Assembly: GCA_963827275.1 (NCBI GenBank)
Contig: CAWHAA010000005.1
Coordinates: 1 to 64,000, forward strand
Direction: 5' to 3'
DNA: 64,000 bases
Source: an uncultured Spirochaetota bacterium
Lineage (GTDB): Bacteria; Spirochaetota; UBA4802; UBA5550
Position numbers and translations under genes: made by a program. Numbering within the stretch: position 1 is the stretch's first letter; every line of letters starts with the position of its first letter. This document shows, piece after piece, positions 24,118 through 35,094 of this stretch. The notes beneath the pieces were generated by a model that had not been told where the DNA came from, did not search any database, and saw only the letters and a list, made by a program, of their open reading frames with translations.

Positions 24118-25107
24118 CTACAGCCATGCCGCGACCTTTCTGTAAAGGGTCTTCCGCGCCAGGGAGCAGGCGCGGTATCCTTCTCCGATTATCCTCTTCG
24201 CTTCTGCGAAGTCAAGGCTTTCGACATCCACGATGTCCGGCTCGATCAGGACTGTCGGGGAATTGTATTTCAAAAGAAGCGCGGTGTTCACGTATTCCAT
24301 GATATCCACCGAACCGGCGATCACCTCGAAGATATTCGGCATCTCCGTTTTCCCCTTTCTGTCCCCGGGCCGCAACCATTGTTCCATCGCCCTGATCCAG
24401 TTGACGCCGGCGAACAGGGCCTTTTTTTCCGCCGCCCGCATGTTTTCGGTCCGCGCGTCACGTGCGGGGTCCGCGAACCCATCTGCCGCCACGGCGGGCG
24501 TTTTCCCGTGATACAGTGCTCCCCGTTTTTTAAGGCGCGGGTGCAGGTTGACCGCGATCGTCAGGCCGGCCCCCATCTCCCGTACGATGTTTATCGGCAG
24601 GGGGTTGGCGACCCCGCCGTCGATCAGCACCCTGTCGCCCTGCCTGACCGGCATGATGACGCCGGGGATCGAAACGCTCGCGCGGATGGCATCGAGCAGG
24701 TTCCCGCTCCGGAACACGACGGATTCGCCGGTGACAAAGTCCGTCGCGAGGACCGCAAGGGGGACCTTCAGGTCCTCTATCTTCGCGTCGCGCGGGATAT
24801 ACCGCGCCATGAACCTCACAAACCCCCTGCCCTCAATAAGGCCCGAGCGCGGCATGACCGGGTCCATGTATTTCAGCAGGTCACGCGTGGTGAACCTGAG
24901 CATGTCGTCCCTGAACTCTCCCATCGTCCCGGCAGCGTACAGCGCGCCAACGACCGCGCCGATGCTTGAGCCGGCGATCATGTCAACGGGGATGCCCATG
25001 GTCACGAGGTACTCGATCACGGCGACGTGGGAAAGTCCTTTCGCGCCGCCGCTCCCGAGGGCGAGGCCGACCTTCCTGTTCCTGAAATATTTCAGCGGGT
25101 TAACCAT
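24118..25107 (-). CDS. patatin-like phospholipase (RssA-like)
   Basis: LGSGGAKG, GSSIG, DGG motifs. Confidence 0.9.
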   Translation of the reverse strand: MVNPLKYFRNRKVGLALGSGGAKGLSHVAVIEYLVTMGIPVDMIAGSSIGAVVGALYAAGTMGEFRDDMLRFTTRDLLKYMDPVMPRSGLIEGRGFVRFMARYIPRDAKIEDLKVPLAVLATDFVTGESVVFRSGNLLDAIRASVSIPGVIMPVRQGDRVLIDGGVANPLPINIVREMGAGLTIAVNLHPRLKKRGALYHGKTPAVAADGFADPARDARTENMRAAEKKALFAGVNWIRAMEQWLRPGDRKGKTEMPNIFEVIAGSVDIMEYVNTALLLKYNSPTVLIEPDIVDVESLDFAEAKRIIGEGYRACSLARKTLYRKVAAWL

Positions 25108-25420
25108 GGACCGGGCAGTCTCCGTGCATTCAGTCGCTACCGCAGGGCGGTTGTGCATCGGTATACTGAAATATCCCGTTTTGTCAATGTTAATTGCGAT
25201 TCATCCGTGATTTCAATTGTGGAAGATGCAAAAAGGACGGAACAGCGCAGGCGCGGGAAGGCCGGCCGCTCAATAATTTTTCATGATGATGCCGCGCTTT
25301 ACGACCTTCACTTGAAATCCCGAACAAAAACCGGTATATTATTATTGGAAGAGCATTTATTTTTACTGTTTTAAAAAAATCTTGACACTATCGTCGTATT
25401 CGATAGGTTGACGTTCATAT

Positions 25421-25493
<73 letters not shown>

Positions 25494-25499
25494 ATCTGA

Positions 25500-25573
25500 G
25501 GCGAGGTAGCTCAGCTGGTTAGAGCACGCGGCTCATACCCGCGGCGTAGAGGGTTCGAATCCCTCCCTCGCTA
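25500..25573 (+). tRNA. tRNA-Met(CAT), probably elongator
   Basis: GGCGAGGTAGCTCAGCTGGTTAGAGC...CTCATAC...GGTTCGAATCC cloverleaf. Confidence 0.9.
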
Positions 25574-25595
25574 ATCTTCTTTATTCAACCGGCAT

Positions 25596-25862
25596 ATGGA
25601 AAGCATAATAACCGCCCTCACCGCCAACAAGGCGCTCCTGATCATCGCGGTATTCATCAGCATCCTTATTGTCTTTTCCGTTTTAAAAAAGCTCGCCAAG
25701 GCCGTGATCGTGCTCGCGGCGCTCCTTGTCATCTACGCGGCGTACCTGGTCTATACCGGGCAGAAGGTGCCGAAGACAACGACCGAAACGATTGAGCATG
25801 TGACGGATAAAATCGAGCGGATCAAAGATGGCGGCGGTGCGGGCCGCCGGGGCGGGAAATAG
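25596..25862 (+). CDS. small membrane protein
   Basis: Two hydrophobic helices; fills gap after tRNAs. Confidence 0.7.
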   Translation: MESIITALTANKALLIIAVFISILIVFSVLKKLAKAVIVLAALLVIYAAYLVYTGQKVPKTTTETIEHVTDKIERIKDGGGAGRRGGK

Positions 25863-25863
25863 G

Positions 25864-26277
25864 CTATTCTTCCTCTTCGTCGTCCTTTTCGTAAACGATA
25901 AAATCCTTGCTGTCTATGAGCGTATTGCCGTTATTGAGGTCCGTGAGGACGATCTGGTAGGTCCCCGGCGGAAGGTTGTCGATGGAGCCGTACACGGCCC
26001 TGCCATCCTCGCCGATCCTGCCTGTTTTTGAAAGCATTTCAATCCAGACCAGTTCCTTTTTCTGGTACACGATGCCGATCGTGCGCTCGCGGTATCTCTT
26101 ATCGAACACGAACGCCCAGTCCACAGTCTCATCCGAGGAAAATTCGGGGACGCCGTCAAGCCGGTGATACGAGTCCTGTCCGAACTTCTTGAACCCGAAT
26201 GTCCCTTTCACGCCGCAGGAAAGGACGGCCGCGGCAAGGGTTACGACAACTACAATGTGCATTATCGCGCGTATCAT
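25864..26277 (-). CDS. hypothetical lipoprotein
   Basis: Signal peptide ending in VLSC lipobox. Confidence 0.65.
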   Translation of the reverse strand: MIRAIMHIVVVVTLAAAVLSCGVKGTFGFKKFGQDSYHRLDGVPEFSSDETVDWAFVFDKRYRERTIGIVYQKKELVWIEMLSKTGRIGEDGRAVYGSIDNLPPGTYQIVLTDLNNGNTLIDSKDFIVYEKDDEEEE

Positions 26278-26299
26278 AATGGTGTCAGCCTGAACAGTA

Positions 26300-26533
26300 T
26301 TATTCCACCTTGTACTGGTCCCTGTCAAGCTCGATTGTCTCCTTTCTGCCTTTTCCGTTCCCCGGGCCGGGCCGGCGCCCGTCCCCCCTGATGTTCTGCT
26401 GCGCCATTTTCTCCTCCGCCTCCCGCTTAACGCGGAACGCCCTGCCCAGCCCGAACAAAAACCGTATCAGGTTATAGAGCATATATATGAATGCGATAAA
26501 CAGCAGCAGCTGCAGCAATTTGACTATAAACAT
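26300..26533 (-). CDS. small single-TM hypothetical protein
   Basis: Hydrophobic N-terminus, C-terminal IELDRDQYKVE, GGAG RBS. Confidence 0.65.
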   Translation of the reverse strand: MFIVKLLQLLLFIAFIYMLYNLIRFLFGLGRAFRVKREAEEKMAQQNIRGDGRRPGPGNGKGRKETIELDRDQYKVE

Positions 26534-26605
26534 GCGATTTCACTCCATTCGGCGGACGATGGGGGCCTCCGCGCCGGGCGGCTGGCCCCAGAAGGACATT
26601 GCAGC

Positions 26606-27358
26606 TTACCCCCCGATTATGGCAAGCAATTCTTTCACCGCGGCGGGAAGGCCGACATAGATGGATCGGGCGATGATGGAATGGCCGATATTCAGCTCGT
26701 CCAGCCCCCGCGCCGCGAGGACGGGGCCGAGGTTGTACCGGTTCAGGCCGTGCCCCGCGTTAATGCCGATCCGTATCTCCTGCGCGTATTCTGCGGCGCG
26801 GAGGATGCGGTCAAGCTCCCGCCTGACATCGGGCGGAAGGTCCCGGTTCAGGTCGCCGCCGAACTTGTCGGCCGCGATGCAGTAGGCCCCGGTGTGCAGC
26901 TCGATGTAATCCGCGCCGGTCTCCTTCGATCGGTACACCGCGTCCTTCTCCGGCTCAATGAAGAGGGACACGATGATGCCGGCGTCATGGAACTGCCCCA
27001 CCGCCGACCTGATGCGCTCGAAATGCGCCGTCACGTCGAGCCCTCCCTCGGTGGTGACCTCCTCGCGCTTCTCCGGCACCAGGGTGACCTGGTGGGGCTT
27101 TACCTTTTTCGCGATGGCGATGATTTCGTCCGAAAGCGCCATCTCCAGGTTATACTTTCCCCGTATGATGTCCTTGAGCGCGATAACGTCGCGGTCCTGG
27201 ATGTGCCGCCGGTCCTCGCGAAGGTGCACGGTGATCCCGTGCGCCCCGCTCTCCTCGCAGAGCCGCGCCCCCTCCAGGGGGTCCGGGTACGACGTGCCGC
27301 GCGCCTCACGCAGCGTCGCGATGTGGTCTATATTCACGCAGAGCTTCACTGTTGACAT
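26606..27358 (-). CDS. pdxJ: pyridoxine 5'-phosphate synthase
   Basis: VNIDHIATLR, HLREDRRHI, TTEGGLD, NAGHGL, ELNIGHS. Confidence 0.96.
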   Translation of the reverse strand: MSTVKLCVNIDHIATLREARGTSYPDPLEGARLCEESGAHGITVHLREDRRHIQDRDVIALKDIIRGKYNLEMALSDEIIAIAKKVKPHQVTLVPEKREEVTTEGGLDVTAHFERIRSAVGQFHDAGIIVSLFIEPEKDAVYRSKETGADYIELHTGAYCIAADKFGGDLNRDLPPDVRRELDRILRAAEYAQEIRIGINAGHGLNRYNLGPVLAARGLDELNIGHSIIARSIYVGLPAAVKELLAIIGG

Positions 27359-27362
27359 GTAT

Positions 27363-28352
27363 TCACTGCTCTCCCGCCTGTTTTTTCTTCACAATTCTCA
27401 GCAGCGCCCGTTTCGGCATGACCGACACTATCTCGCCGGGACCGATGTTTTTCGCGTTCACCGTCACCGGCAGGTCACGGTAGAGCGGCCCGTCACGTTC
27501 CTCTTCCGGAAGCATTTTCAGGTTCAGCTTGCCCGCGTCCACGTAGGCGTCAACCTCTTCCGGCGTCAGCCCGGCCGCGCGCCTGGCCCGCACGTACACC
27601 TCGACCTCCTGGTCGCGCGCCTCGTACTGGTAGTCCCTGTTTTCGTTAATGATCGAGATGGGCACCGTGAGGGTGACGAGGTCTTTCAGGTCGGCGACCA
27701 GCACCTTCACGGTGAATACCGTTTCGCCGAAGGCGATGTCCCGGTATTCGCCCTTCTTCAGGCCGACCTGGCGCTGTATTTCGCCCGACGCGTTTTCAAC
27801 GGACACGTCCTCGGTGTCGACCGAGTCCATGTCCACGACAAGCGACCGCGGCCCCGATATCTTCACCCGCTCGGGGAGGACCTGCTTGTCAAGGACGACC
27901 TTCCCCTTCCGGACCGCGCCCGTGACGACGGGACGCACCCGTATCCACCGCTCTTCCTTCTTCTCGACGGTCACCTCCACGTCGCCGCGGACGAGCGAGA
28001 TGGCGACGTCTTCCGGCACCTGGTTCTTTTCCACGACGATCTCGAACGCGGCCGGCCCGCCGGCGACCGCCTTCCCGAGGTCCACGGTCGCCCTGATGCC
28101 CTTCACGTTGACGTTCTTGATCTCGTCCTTCCTCCCCTCTATTTCGACGGCCGCGAACTTGTCCGACATGCCGGAGACGGCAAGGTGCGCCGGCAGGTTC
28201 TTGACGACAATCGGCACCCGGTACGTGGCGACCTCGGTCTTCCCGTTGATGATGAAGGCCCAGAGGATCACCGCCAGGAGGAGGCAGACGCCCTTTGCCA
28301 TGAAGTCCTTCTCGCGCATGGCGGAGAATATTTTATCCTTCAGTATTTCCAT
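27363..28352 (-). CDS. cdaR: CdaR/YbbR-family regulator of diadenylate cyclase
   Basis: K..CLLLAVILW anchor, YbbR-like repeats, downstream of cdaA. Confidence 0.85.
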   Translation of the reverse strand: MEILKDKIFSAMREKDFMAKGVCLLLAVILWAFIINGKTEVATYRVPIVVKNLPAHLAVSGMSDKFAAVEIEGRKDEIKNVNVKGIRATVDLGKAVAGGPAAFEIVVEKNQVPEDVAISLVRGDVEVTVEKKEERWIRVRPVVTGAVRKGKVVLDKQVLPERVKISGPRSLVVDMDSVDTEDVSVENASGEIQRQVGLKKGEYRDIAFGETVFTVKVLVADLKDLVTLTVPISIINENRDYQYEARDQEVEVYVRARRAAGLTPEEVDAYVDAGKLNLKMLPEEERDGPLYRDLPVTVNAKNIGPGEIVSVMPKRALLRIVKKKQAGEQ

Positions 28353-28355
28353 ATC

Positions 28356-29183
28356 TCATTCGGCGCTTTTCTTTGTCGGGATCCTGTATTTGTCATCGTA
28401 GGCGGTCTTCGGGTTCATGTAAAACAGTATCATGTTCTTTAAATCCGGGACGCGGACCCTGGGGAAAAACCTGCCGTTGACCATGATGTTGATGCTCCCC
28501 GTCTCCTCGGAGGTGAGGAGCACCAGGGCGTCGGTCTCCTCGGCGATGCCCAGGGCGGCGCGGTGCCGCGCGCCGTGCTGCTTTTTCAGCTGCTTCGAGT
28601 CGCTCAGGGGCAGGTAGCAGGCCGCGGCGGTGATCCGCCGCTCCTGGATGATGATGGCCCCGTCGTGGAGCGGCGTCAGCGGGAAAAATACCGTGCGGAT
28701 GAACTCCTCGGAGATGTCCGCGTTCACCATGACTCCGGACTCCGCGTAACTCCGGAGGCCCGTGCTCCGCTCGATCACGATGAGCGAGCCGACCCGCTCC
28801 TCGGACATGGACACCAGCGCGTTCACCAGCTCGTCCAGGGGAAAGGGCTCCTTCCCCGTCTCGGTGCCGATCCAGTTCCTCTGTCCGAACTGCGTGATGA
28901 GCCGCCGCAGCTCCGGCTGGAACAGGATGATGATCGCGATCACCACCGACGAGGCGATGTTCGTGATGAGCCAGTCGAGCGTTTCAAGATGGAGGAACTT
29001 CGCCAGGATCGCCACCACGATGATGACCAGGACGCCCTTCAGGAGCTGGATGGCCCTCGTGCGCGCGAGGAAGCGGTACACCAGGTAGAATATAAAGGCG
29101 ACCAGCAGTATATCGATCAGGTTCCGGGAATATTCCCAGAACACCGAAAAATACCGCGTGAAGTTGTCGATCAGTTCCATCAT
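28356..29183 (-). CDS. cdaA: diadenylate cyclase
   Basis: 3 TM helices, FQPELRR, PLHDGA, GARHRAA, SEETG. Confidence 0.95.
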   Translation of the reverse strand: MMELIDNFTRYFSVFWEYSRNLIDILLVAFIFYLVYRFLARTRAIQLLKGVLVIIVVAILAKFLHLETLDWLITNIASSVVIAIIILFQPELRRLITQFGQRNWIGTETGKEPFPLDELVNALVSMSEERVGSLIVIERSTGLRSYAESGVMVNADISEEFIRTVFFPLTPLHDGAIIIQERRITAAACYLPLSDSKQLKKQHGARHRAALGIAEETDALVLLTSEETGSINIMVNGRFFPRVRVPDLKNMILFYMNPKTAYDDKYRIPTKKSAE

Positions 29184-29187
29184 CCCG

Positions 29188-29985
29188 TTATGATAATCCT
29201 TTCAGCATTTCAATCCCCGCCAGCGCCAGGCGGTGCGCCCTGACGTCATGCACCCGTATCAGGTCCGCGCCGTTCAGCACCGCGGCCGCGTTGAGCGCGA
29301 TCGTGGCGGGGAGCCGGTCCTCTTCCTTGTCGTAGAGCCTGCCGATGAGCGATTTGCGCGACAGGCCCACGAGCACCGGACACCCGAGCTTCCTGAACTC
29401 ACGGAGATTCTGCAGTATCCGGTAATTATCCTCAAGCGTTTTTCCGAACCCGATGCCCGGATCGACGATTATTTTTTCACGGTCGATGCCCCCCGCGACC
29501 GCGCGTTCCACCGCTTTTTCAAGAAATTCCACTATCTCCCCGATCAGGTCCCCGTACCGGGGGCTGTCCTGCATCGTGGCAGGCCGCCCCTTGATGTGCA
29601 TGAGGACGATCCCGGCGCCGCGCTCCGCCACCGCGGCCGCCATGCCGCCGTCGAAGGTCAGGCCGCTGATATCGTTCACGATGGACGCCCCGGCCCGCAG
29701 CGCGGCGCGCGCCACCGCGGCCTTGCTCGTGTCGATGGAAACGGGCACCCCGAGGTCCCCGGCGACCGATTCTATGACGGGGCACACCCGGTCGATCTCC
29801 TCGCCGGCCTCGACCGGGAGGGAGCCGGGCCTGGTCGACTCGCCGCCGATGTCGATGATGTCGGCGCCCTCGTCCCGCATCGCGTAGGCCCGCTCGACCG
29901 CCCGCCCGCGGTCGAAATATCTTCCGCCGTCGTGGAACGAATCGGGCGTGACGTTCAGGATCCCCATGATCAGGCAGCGTCCCAT
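29188..29985 (-). CDS. folP: dihydropteroate synthase
   Basis: MGILNVTPDSF.DGG, GGESTRPG, DPGIGFGK, SRKS, RVHDV. Confidence 0.96.
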   Translation of the reverse strand: MGRCLIMGILNVTPDSFHDGGRYFDRGRAVERAYAMRDEGADIIDIGGESTRPGSLPVEAGEEIDRVCPVIESVAGDLGVPVSIDTSKAAVARAALRAGASIVNDISGLTFDGGMAAAVAERGAGIVLMHIKGRPATMQDSPRYGDLIGEIVEFLEKAVERAVAGGIDREKIIVDPGIGFGKTLEDNYRILQNLREFRKLGCPVLVGLSRKSLIGRLYDKEEDRLPATIALNAAAVLNGADLIRVHDVRAHRLALAGIEMLKGLS

Positions 29986-29994
29986 CGGCCCCCC

Positions 29995-31290
29995 TCAGAA
30001 CATCACGGTGGCGGACAGGTTATGGTTAAAGCCGATCGTTATCGTGTCCATCGTGAAGGAATAGCCGATATCGAACTGGACGATATGGAACGTCAGGCCC
30101 GCGGAAAACACGAGGTCGCGGATGCCGATATAGACCGACGCCCATTTCATGATATCGTACTGCGCGCCGACGCTGTAGCCGAACCGCTTCTCGTCGAGCT
30201 TCTTGATGCCGCTGGCGGTCAGGGTGAAGTTGCGGTTTGTTATTATCGCGATCCCGAGCCTGAGCGTCGGGTATGAAAAAACGTACCGCTGCCTGACGTC
30301 GTAGCGGCGGTCCATCGGGTACATGCCGGTCCCCAGGTCCTGCACCATGAGCCCCACCTTGAGGAAGGGAAGGACATAGACCTGCGTGCCGACGTCCGCC
30401 CCGCACCCGATGAAGCGGGTGTTGCCGACCCGCTCGTACAGCCCCTTGACGCTGACGCCGAATGACGACACGCCCAGCGAGACGCCGTAGGAGAGGTAGG
30501 CGGCGGTCGCCAGGTAGTCCAGGCCCCCGGTCTTCACGCCGTTATAGTCCCTCCGGTCGATCCCGCCCGAATAGACCAGGTACACGCCCATGCCCAGCAC
30601 GCCCCTGGGGAGGTTGACCGCCATCCCCCAGAAGCCCGCCTTTGCCCCGAAGCTGAGCATCGACCCGCTCACCCCGGTCTGTATTGAAAAGCTCTTGTCT
30701 TCCTCTGAAAATTTTACCAGGTCCGCGTCAGTGATCTGGTCAACCTTCCCCTTCTCGGCCTTTTCGCGTATCTCCTTCTCGGTCACGAGCTTCGTGTGCC
30801 GCAGCTCTGTGAGGCCTGCCGGGTTCCAGTAGATCGAATACACGTCGTCGGCGATGACTTCCCCGCTCCGCCCCATGCCGATGTACTTGGTCCCCACCCA
30901 GCCGCCGCGGCTGAACGAGCCGCTGCTCCCGCCGCCCGCCAGCACGGGCAGGGTCTTTGTGCCGTGCAGGCCGGTCCGGACGTCCTCTGCCTCGATTTTG
31001 ACATGGTACACGCCGGGATCGACGCGCCTGCCGTTCCTGTTCCTGCCGTTCCAGAGCGCGGGATAGCCGGGGAACAGTCCGGAATTCACTTCCTCGCCGT
31101 CAATGTTGTATATCTTCATCCTGACCTTGTTGAAGGGGACGCCCGAATAATCCATCACGCTGAAGAGGCCCCAGCCCGGGGTATAGGGGACCGGCCAGGC
31201 GATAACTCCCCCGGTGCTGTAGGGGTACGCGCCCCGCGCGGACGCGATGACGATGATGATGCTGAATGACAGCGTCGCAAGGTATTTCAT
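29995..31290 (-). CDS. secreted protein: FlgD-Ig/CTD-like domain fused to a PorV/PorQ-like beta-barrel
   Basis: Signal peptide; IYNI.GE.V...WNGRNRNG..V.PGVY.VKI; GMG......DD..SIYWNPAGL; alternating beta-strands, terminal Phe. Confidence 0.6.
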   Translation of the reverse strand: MKYLATLSFSIIIVIASARGAYPYSTGGVIAWPVPYTPGWGLFSVMDYSGVPFNKVRMKIYNIDGEEVNSGLFPGYPALWNGRNRNGRRVDPGVYHVKIEAEDVRTGLHGTKTLPVLAGGGSSGSFSRGGWVGTKYIGMGRSGEVIADDVYSIYWNPAGLTELRHTKLVTEKEIREKAEKGKVDQITDADLVKFSEEDKSFSIQTGVSGSMLSFGAKAGFWGMAVNLPRGVLGMGVYLVYSGGIDRRDYNGVKTGGLDYLATAAYLSYGVSLGVSSFGVSVKGLYERVGNTRFIGCGADVGTQVYVLPFLKVGLMVQDLGTGMYPMDRRYDVRQRYVFSYPTLRLGIAIITNRNFTLTASGIKKLDEKRFGYSVGAQYDIMKWASVYIGIRDLVFSAGLTFHIVQFDIGYSFTMDTITIGFNHNLSATVMF

Positions 31291-31342
31291 GGTTATTGTA
31301 CCGTTGATAAGGATAACTACAGGTATTTGCGACGGTCAAGAA

Positions 31343-32173
31343 TTATTTATCGGTGAAATATTCATGCGCGCGATCGACGATGTCGCGGATGAAGGCCCCG
31401 TGATCCTCCGGGGACGCGTGCGGGGGCGCTGCGCCGGCGCCGCACTCGAAATAGAGCAGGAATTCGATGTTGCCCTTCGGCCCCTGCACCGGCGAATGCA
31501 CGAGGCCCTTCATGACCATGCCCTTTGCCTCCAGCGCGGCGATGACGCGCTCCAGGATGGCCCGGTGCGCCTCGCTCCTGCGCACCACGCCCTTTTTGTG
31601 GTCCCCCGGCCCCGCCTCGAACTGCGGCTTCACGAGGATGACCCCCTCGACCGGGGAAAACACGTCGCGTATGGCGTCAAACACCTTTACGATCGATATG
31701 AAGGAGAGGTCGGCCGCGATGAAATCCACCCTGTCGGGGAAATTATCCCTGGAGATGTTCCGCGCGTTGGTCTTTTCCATGACGACCACGCGGCCGTCGG
31801 TGCGGAGGGAATAGTCGAGCTGGCCGTACCCCACGTCCACCGCGTACACCCTGACCGCGCCCTCCCTGAGCATGCAGTCGGTGAAGCCGCCGGTGGAGGC
31901 GCCGAGGTCGGCGGCCGTCCTCCCCGCCAGGGATATGCCGAAGCGGTCAATGGCGAACTTGAGCTTCTGCCCGCCGCGGCTGACGTAGAGGCCGCCGGGC
32001 CGGCTGACCGTGACGGCCTCCGTGCCGGCAACGGTCCTGGCGGGGTCGGAGACGGTTTCGCCGTCGATCTTCACCCATCCGGCCATGATCTCCCGCTTCG
32101 CCTTTTCGCGGGTCGGGGAGAGGCCTGCCTGTGCCAGGTATACGTCCAGCCTTGTTTTTTTCATGGTATCCAC
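31343..32173 (-). CDS. tlyA: TlyA-family rRNA methyltransferase
   Basis: RLD S4 domain, YVSRGG.KL, DLGASTGGFTD, DLSFIS, LVKPQFE, GNIEFL. Confidence 0.95.
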   Translation of the reverse strand: MDTMKKTRLDVYLAQAGLSPTREKAKREIMAGWVKIDGETVSDPARTVAGTEAVTVSRPGGLYVSRGGQKLKFAIDRFGISLAGRTAADLGASTGGFTDCMLREGAVRVYAVDVGYGQLDYSLRTDGRVVVMEKTNARNISRDNFPDRVDFIAADLSFISIVKVFDAIRDVFSPVEGVILVKPQFEAGPGDHKKGVVRRSEAHRAILERVIAALEAKGMVMKGLVHSPVQGPKGNIEFLLYFECGAGAAPPHASPEDHGAFIRDIVDRAHEYFTDK

Positions 32174-32198
32174 CGCTGCGCGGGAGTCCGGCGGCGCG

Positions 32199-34069
32199 TC
32201 ATTTCAGCAATTTCGCGAGCCGCTTCGCCAGGGATTCCGCGTCGATGCCGTGCATCTTGAAAAGCTCGTCGTTGCTGCCGTGGGGAATGAAGCTGTCGGG
32301 GAACCCGGCGCAGAAGAGGAGCTTCTTCCTGAGGCTTCCCCTCACCGCGGCGAGCAGGGCCTCCCCGGCCCCGCCGGCAATGACGCCGTTTTCAAGGGTG
32401 ATGGCGCACCTGACGCCGCCGAGGACCCGCTCGATCCCCCGCACGTCAAGGGGCTTTATGGTAAGGAGGTTGACGACCGCGGTGCCGATGCCGCGGTGGA
32501 GCAGTATCTCGCGCACCCGGTGCGCGACCGCGACCATGTCGCCGAAGGTGAAGATGGCGAGGTCGCCGCCCGCGGTGAGCCTCCTGATCTTCCCCGGCAC
32601 GAACCGGGCGCCTTCCTCGAAGCTGAAATCGCTTGCGCCCGCCCCGCCCCGGGGATAGCGAATCGCGACAGGGCCCTCGTCATGCCGCGCGGCGAAATAG
32701 ATCATGTCGCGCAGCTCCTCCCCGCTTGACGGCGCCAGGAGGATGAAATTGGGTATGTTTTTAATGATGGCGATATCAAAGAGCCCGTGGTGGGTCTCGC
32801 CGTCCTGGCCGACCGCCCCGGCGCGGTCGATGAGCAGCCTGACCGGCATGTTCATGATCCCGACGTCGTGGATGAGCTGGTCAACGGCCCGCTGCAAAAA
32901 CGTCGAGTAGATCGACACGAAGGGCCTGATGCCGCTCGCGGTGAGCGCGCCGGCGAAGGTGATCGCGTGCTGCTCGGCGATGCCCACGTCGAAAAAGCGC
33001 TCCGGCGTCTTGTTCTCGAACTCGAAGAGGCCCGTCCCGAGCTTCATGGCCGCGGTGATCGCGACGATCTTCCTGTCGCTCTTCGCCAGGTGCGCGAGGG
33101 TCCTGCCGGCGATCTCGGAATAGGAGAGCGCTGCCGCTCCCGCGGGTGAGCCCGGTGGCCCGGTCGAAGGGGCCGATGCCGTGGAAGCGGGCCGGGTTCA
33201 TCTCCGCCGGGAGGTAGCCCTTCCCCTTTTTCGTGATGACATGGATGATCTTCGGGCCGTAATCGATCCTCCTGACGCGCTCGAGCGTCCCGATGAGCGA
33301 GGTGATGTCGTGCCCGTCGATGGGGCCGAAATAGCGGATGCCCATGTCCTCGAACAGCTGGCCCGGGATGAGCATCTTCTTGAAGCTTTCGAAGAACCGG
33401 GAGATGAAATTGAACAGCGCGCCGCCGACGCGCGGTATTTTTTTTACCATCTCCATCGACTTCCGCCGCACCTGGTTGTAGGTGGAGCTCGATATGATCC
33501 GGGTGAGGTAGCGGGACATGGCGCCCACGTTCTGGTTGATCGAATGCTCGTTGTCGTTCAGGATGATGATGAGATCGCTCTCGGTGTGGCCCATCTGGTT
33601 GATCGCCTCGAACGCCATGCCGCCGGTCAGCGACCCGTCCCCGATAATTGCGATCACCTTGTTTTTTTTACGGGTCAGGTCACGTCCCATCGCGGCGCCG
33701 CAGGCGAGGGAAAGGCTCGTGCTGCTGTGGCCCGTGTCGAAGGCGTCAAAGGCCGATTCGCGCCGCTTGGGAAAGCCCGCGATGCCGCCGAGGCGGCGGA
33801 TGTCCCGGAAGTCCTCGCGGCGCCCGGTCAGGATCTTGTGGGCGTAGCACTGGTGCCCGACGTCCCAGATGATCTTGTCGCTGCGGCGTGTTGAAGACGT
33901 AGTGGAGGGCGATGGTGAGCTCGACGACGCCCAGCGAGGAGGCCAGGTGCCCGCCATTGACGGAGATCACCTCGATGATATAGTCGCGCACTTCGGCGGC
34001 GAGCGCATCAAGGTCGCCCGCCGATAATTTCCTCAGGTCCTTAACGCCGTTGATTTTTTCAAGCAACAT
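32199..34069 (-). CDS. dxs: 1-deoxy-D-xylulose-5-phosphate synthase, two apparent +1 frameshifts (~33883, ~33145)
   Basis: [13 protein letters not shown] / [27 protein letters not shown] / [20 protein letters not shown] spread over three ORFs. Confidence 0.92.
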
Positions 34070-34253
34070 TTACGTAGACCCCCCTGTCCCCCGGAGGGGG
34101 CATGTCAAACAGGCCATCCTTCCATTGTGCGCAACCAACGTGCCGGCCCCGTCATGCTCCGGCAGGCTGAATATGATATTTCGCATAACGTGACTATATA
34201 CAATATTGGATTAAACGGTCCGCTCCCGCGCGCCCCCGCGGGGGCCGGGCGGC

Positions 34254-35031
34254 TCAGGCAATGACCCTGCAAATGCCCTCGGTCCTGCCTTCCTTATTCA
34301 CCTCGAACACCGCCGCGTTGATCTTACTGTTCCCCTCGGCGACTTCGAATTTCACCCTGGTGAAGGTGAGGAAGCGTTTCATGGAATTTTCCTTGTTGAT
34401 CCCGATGACCGAATTGAACGAACCGGTCATGCCGAGATCGGTGATGAACCCGGTCCCGCCGGGCAGGACCTCCTCGTCCGCGGTCATCACGTGCGTGTGG
34501 GTGCCGAACACGACCGATGCCCTGCCGTCCACGTACCACCCGAAGGCCCGCTTTTCGGAGGTCGCCTCCGCGTGCAGGTCGACGACGATGATGTCCGCCC
34601 TGTCCTTGACCTCGTCGTAGATCGCATCGAACTTCTTGAACGGGCAGTCGATCGGCTCCATGAAGAGCCGTCCCTGGAGGTTGATGACGCAGACCCTGAA
34701 GCCCTTCCGCTCGATGATATGGTGCCCGTGCCCCCTGAGCCCCGCGGGATAGTTCGCCGGCCTGAGCAGGGCCGGCTCGGTCGATGATCTTCAGGGCCTC
34801 GCTGTTGTCCCAGATATGGTTGCCGGTGGTGATGACGTCCACGCCGCCGGAGAAGAACTCCTGCGCGATGTCCGGCGTGATCGACTTGCCCCCGGCGGAA
34901 TTCTCGCCGTTGACGATCACCAGGCCGATCCGGTGCGTGTCGATGATGCCCTGGAGCTTGTCCTTCAGCACCTGGCGACCGGGCCGTCCGACGATGTCGC
35001 CGACGGCGAGTATTTTTATTGTCTGAGCCAT
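34254..35031 (-). CDS. ymdB: YmdB-family metallophosphoesterase, one apparent +1 frameshift (~34780)
   Basis: GDIVGRPG, NGENSAGG, GNHIWD / DLHAEATSEK, GTHTHV, TDLGMTG. Confidence 0.9.
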
Positions 35032-35094
35032 GTCACCCAGAATGCGGGGTTCATCCGCTCTCAATATTCGGCACGGTAGCCTTCAACCGGCCAT

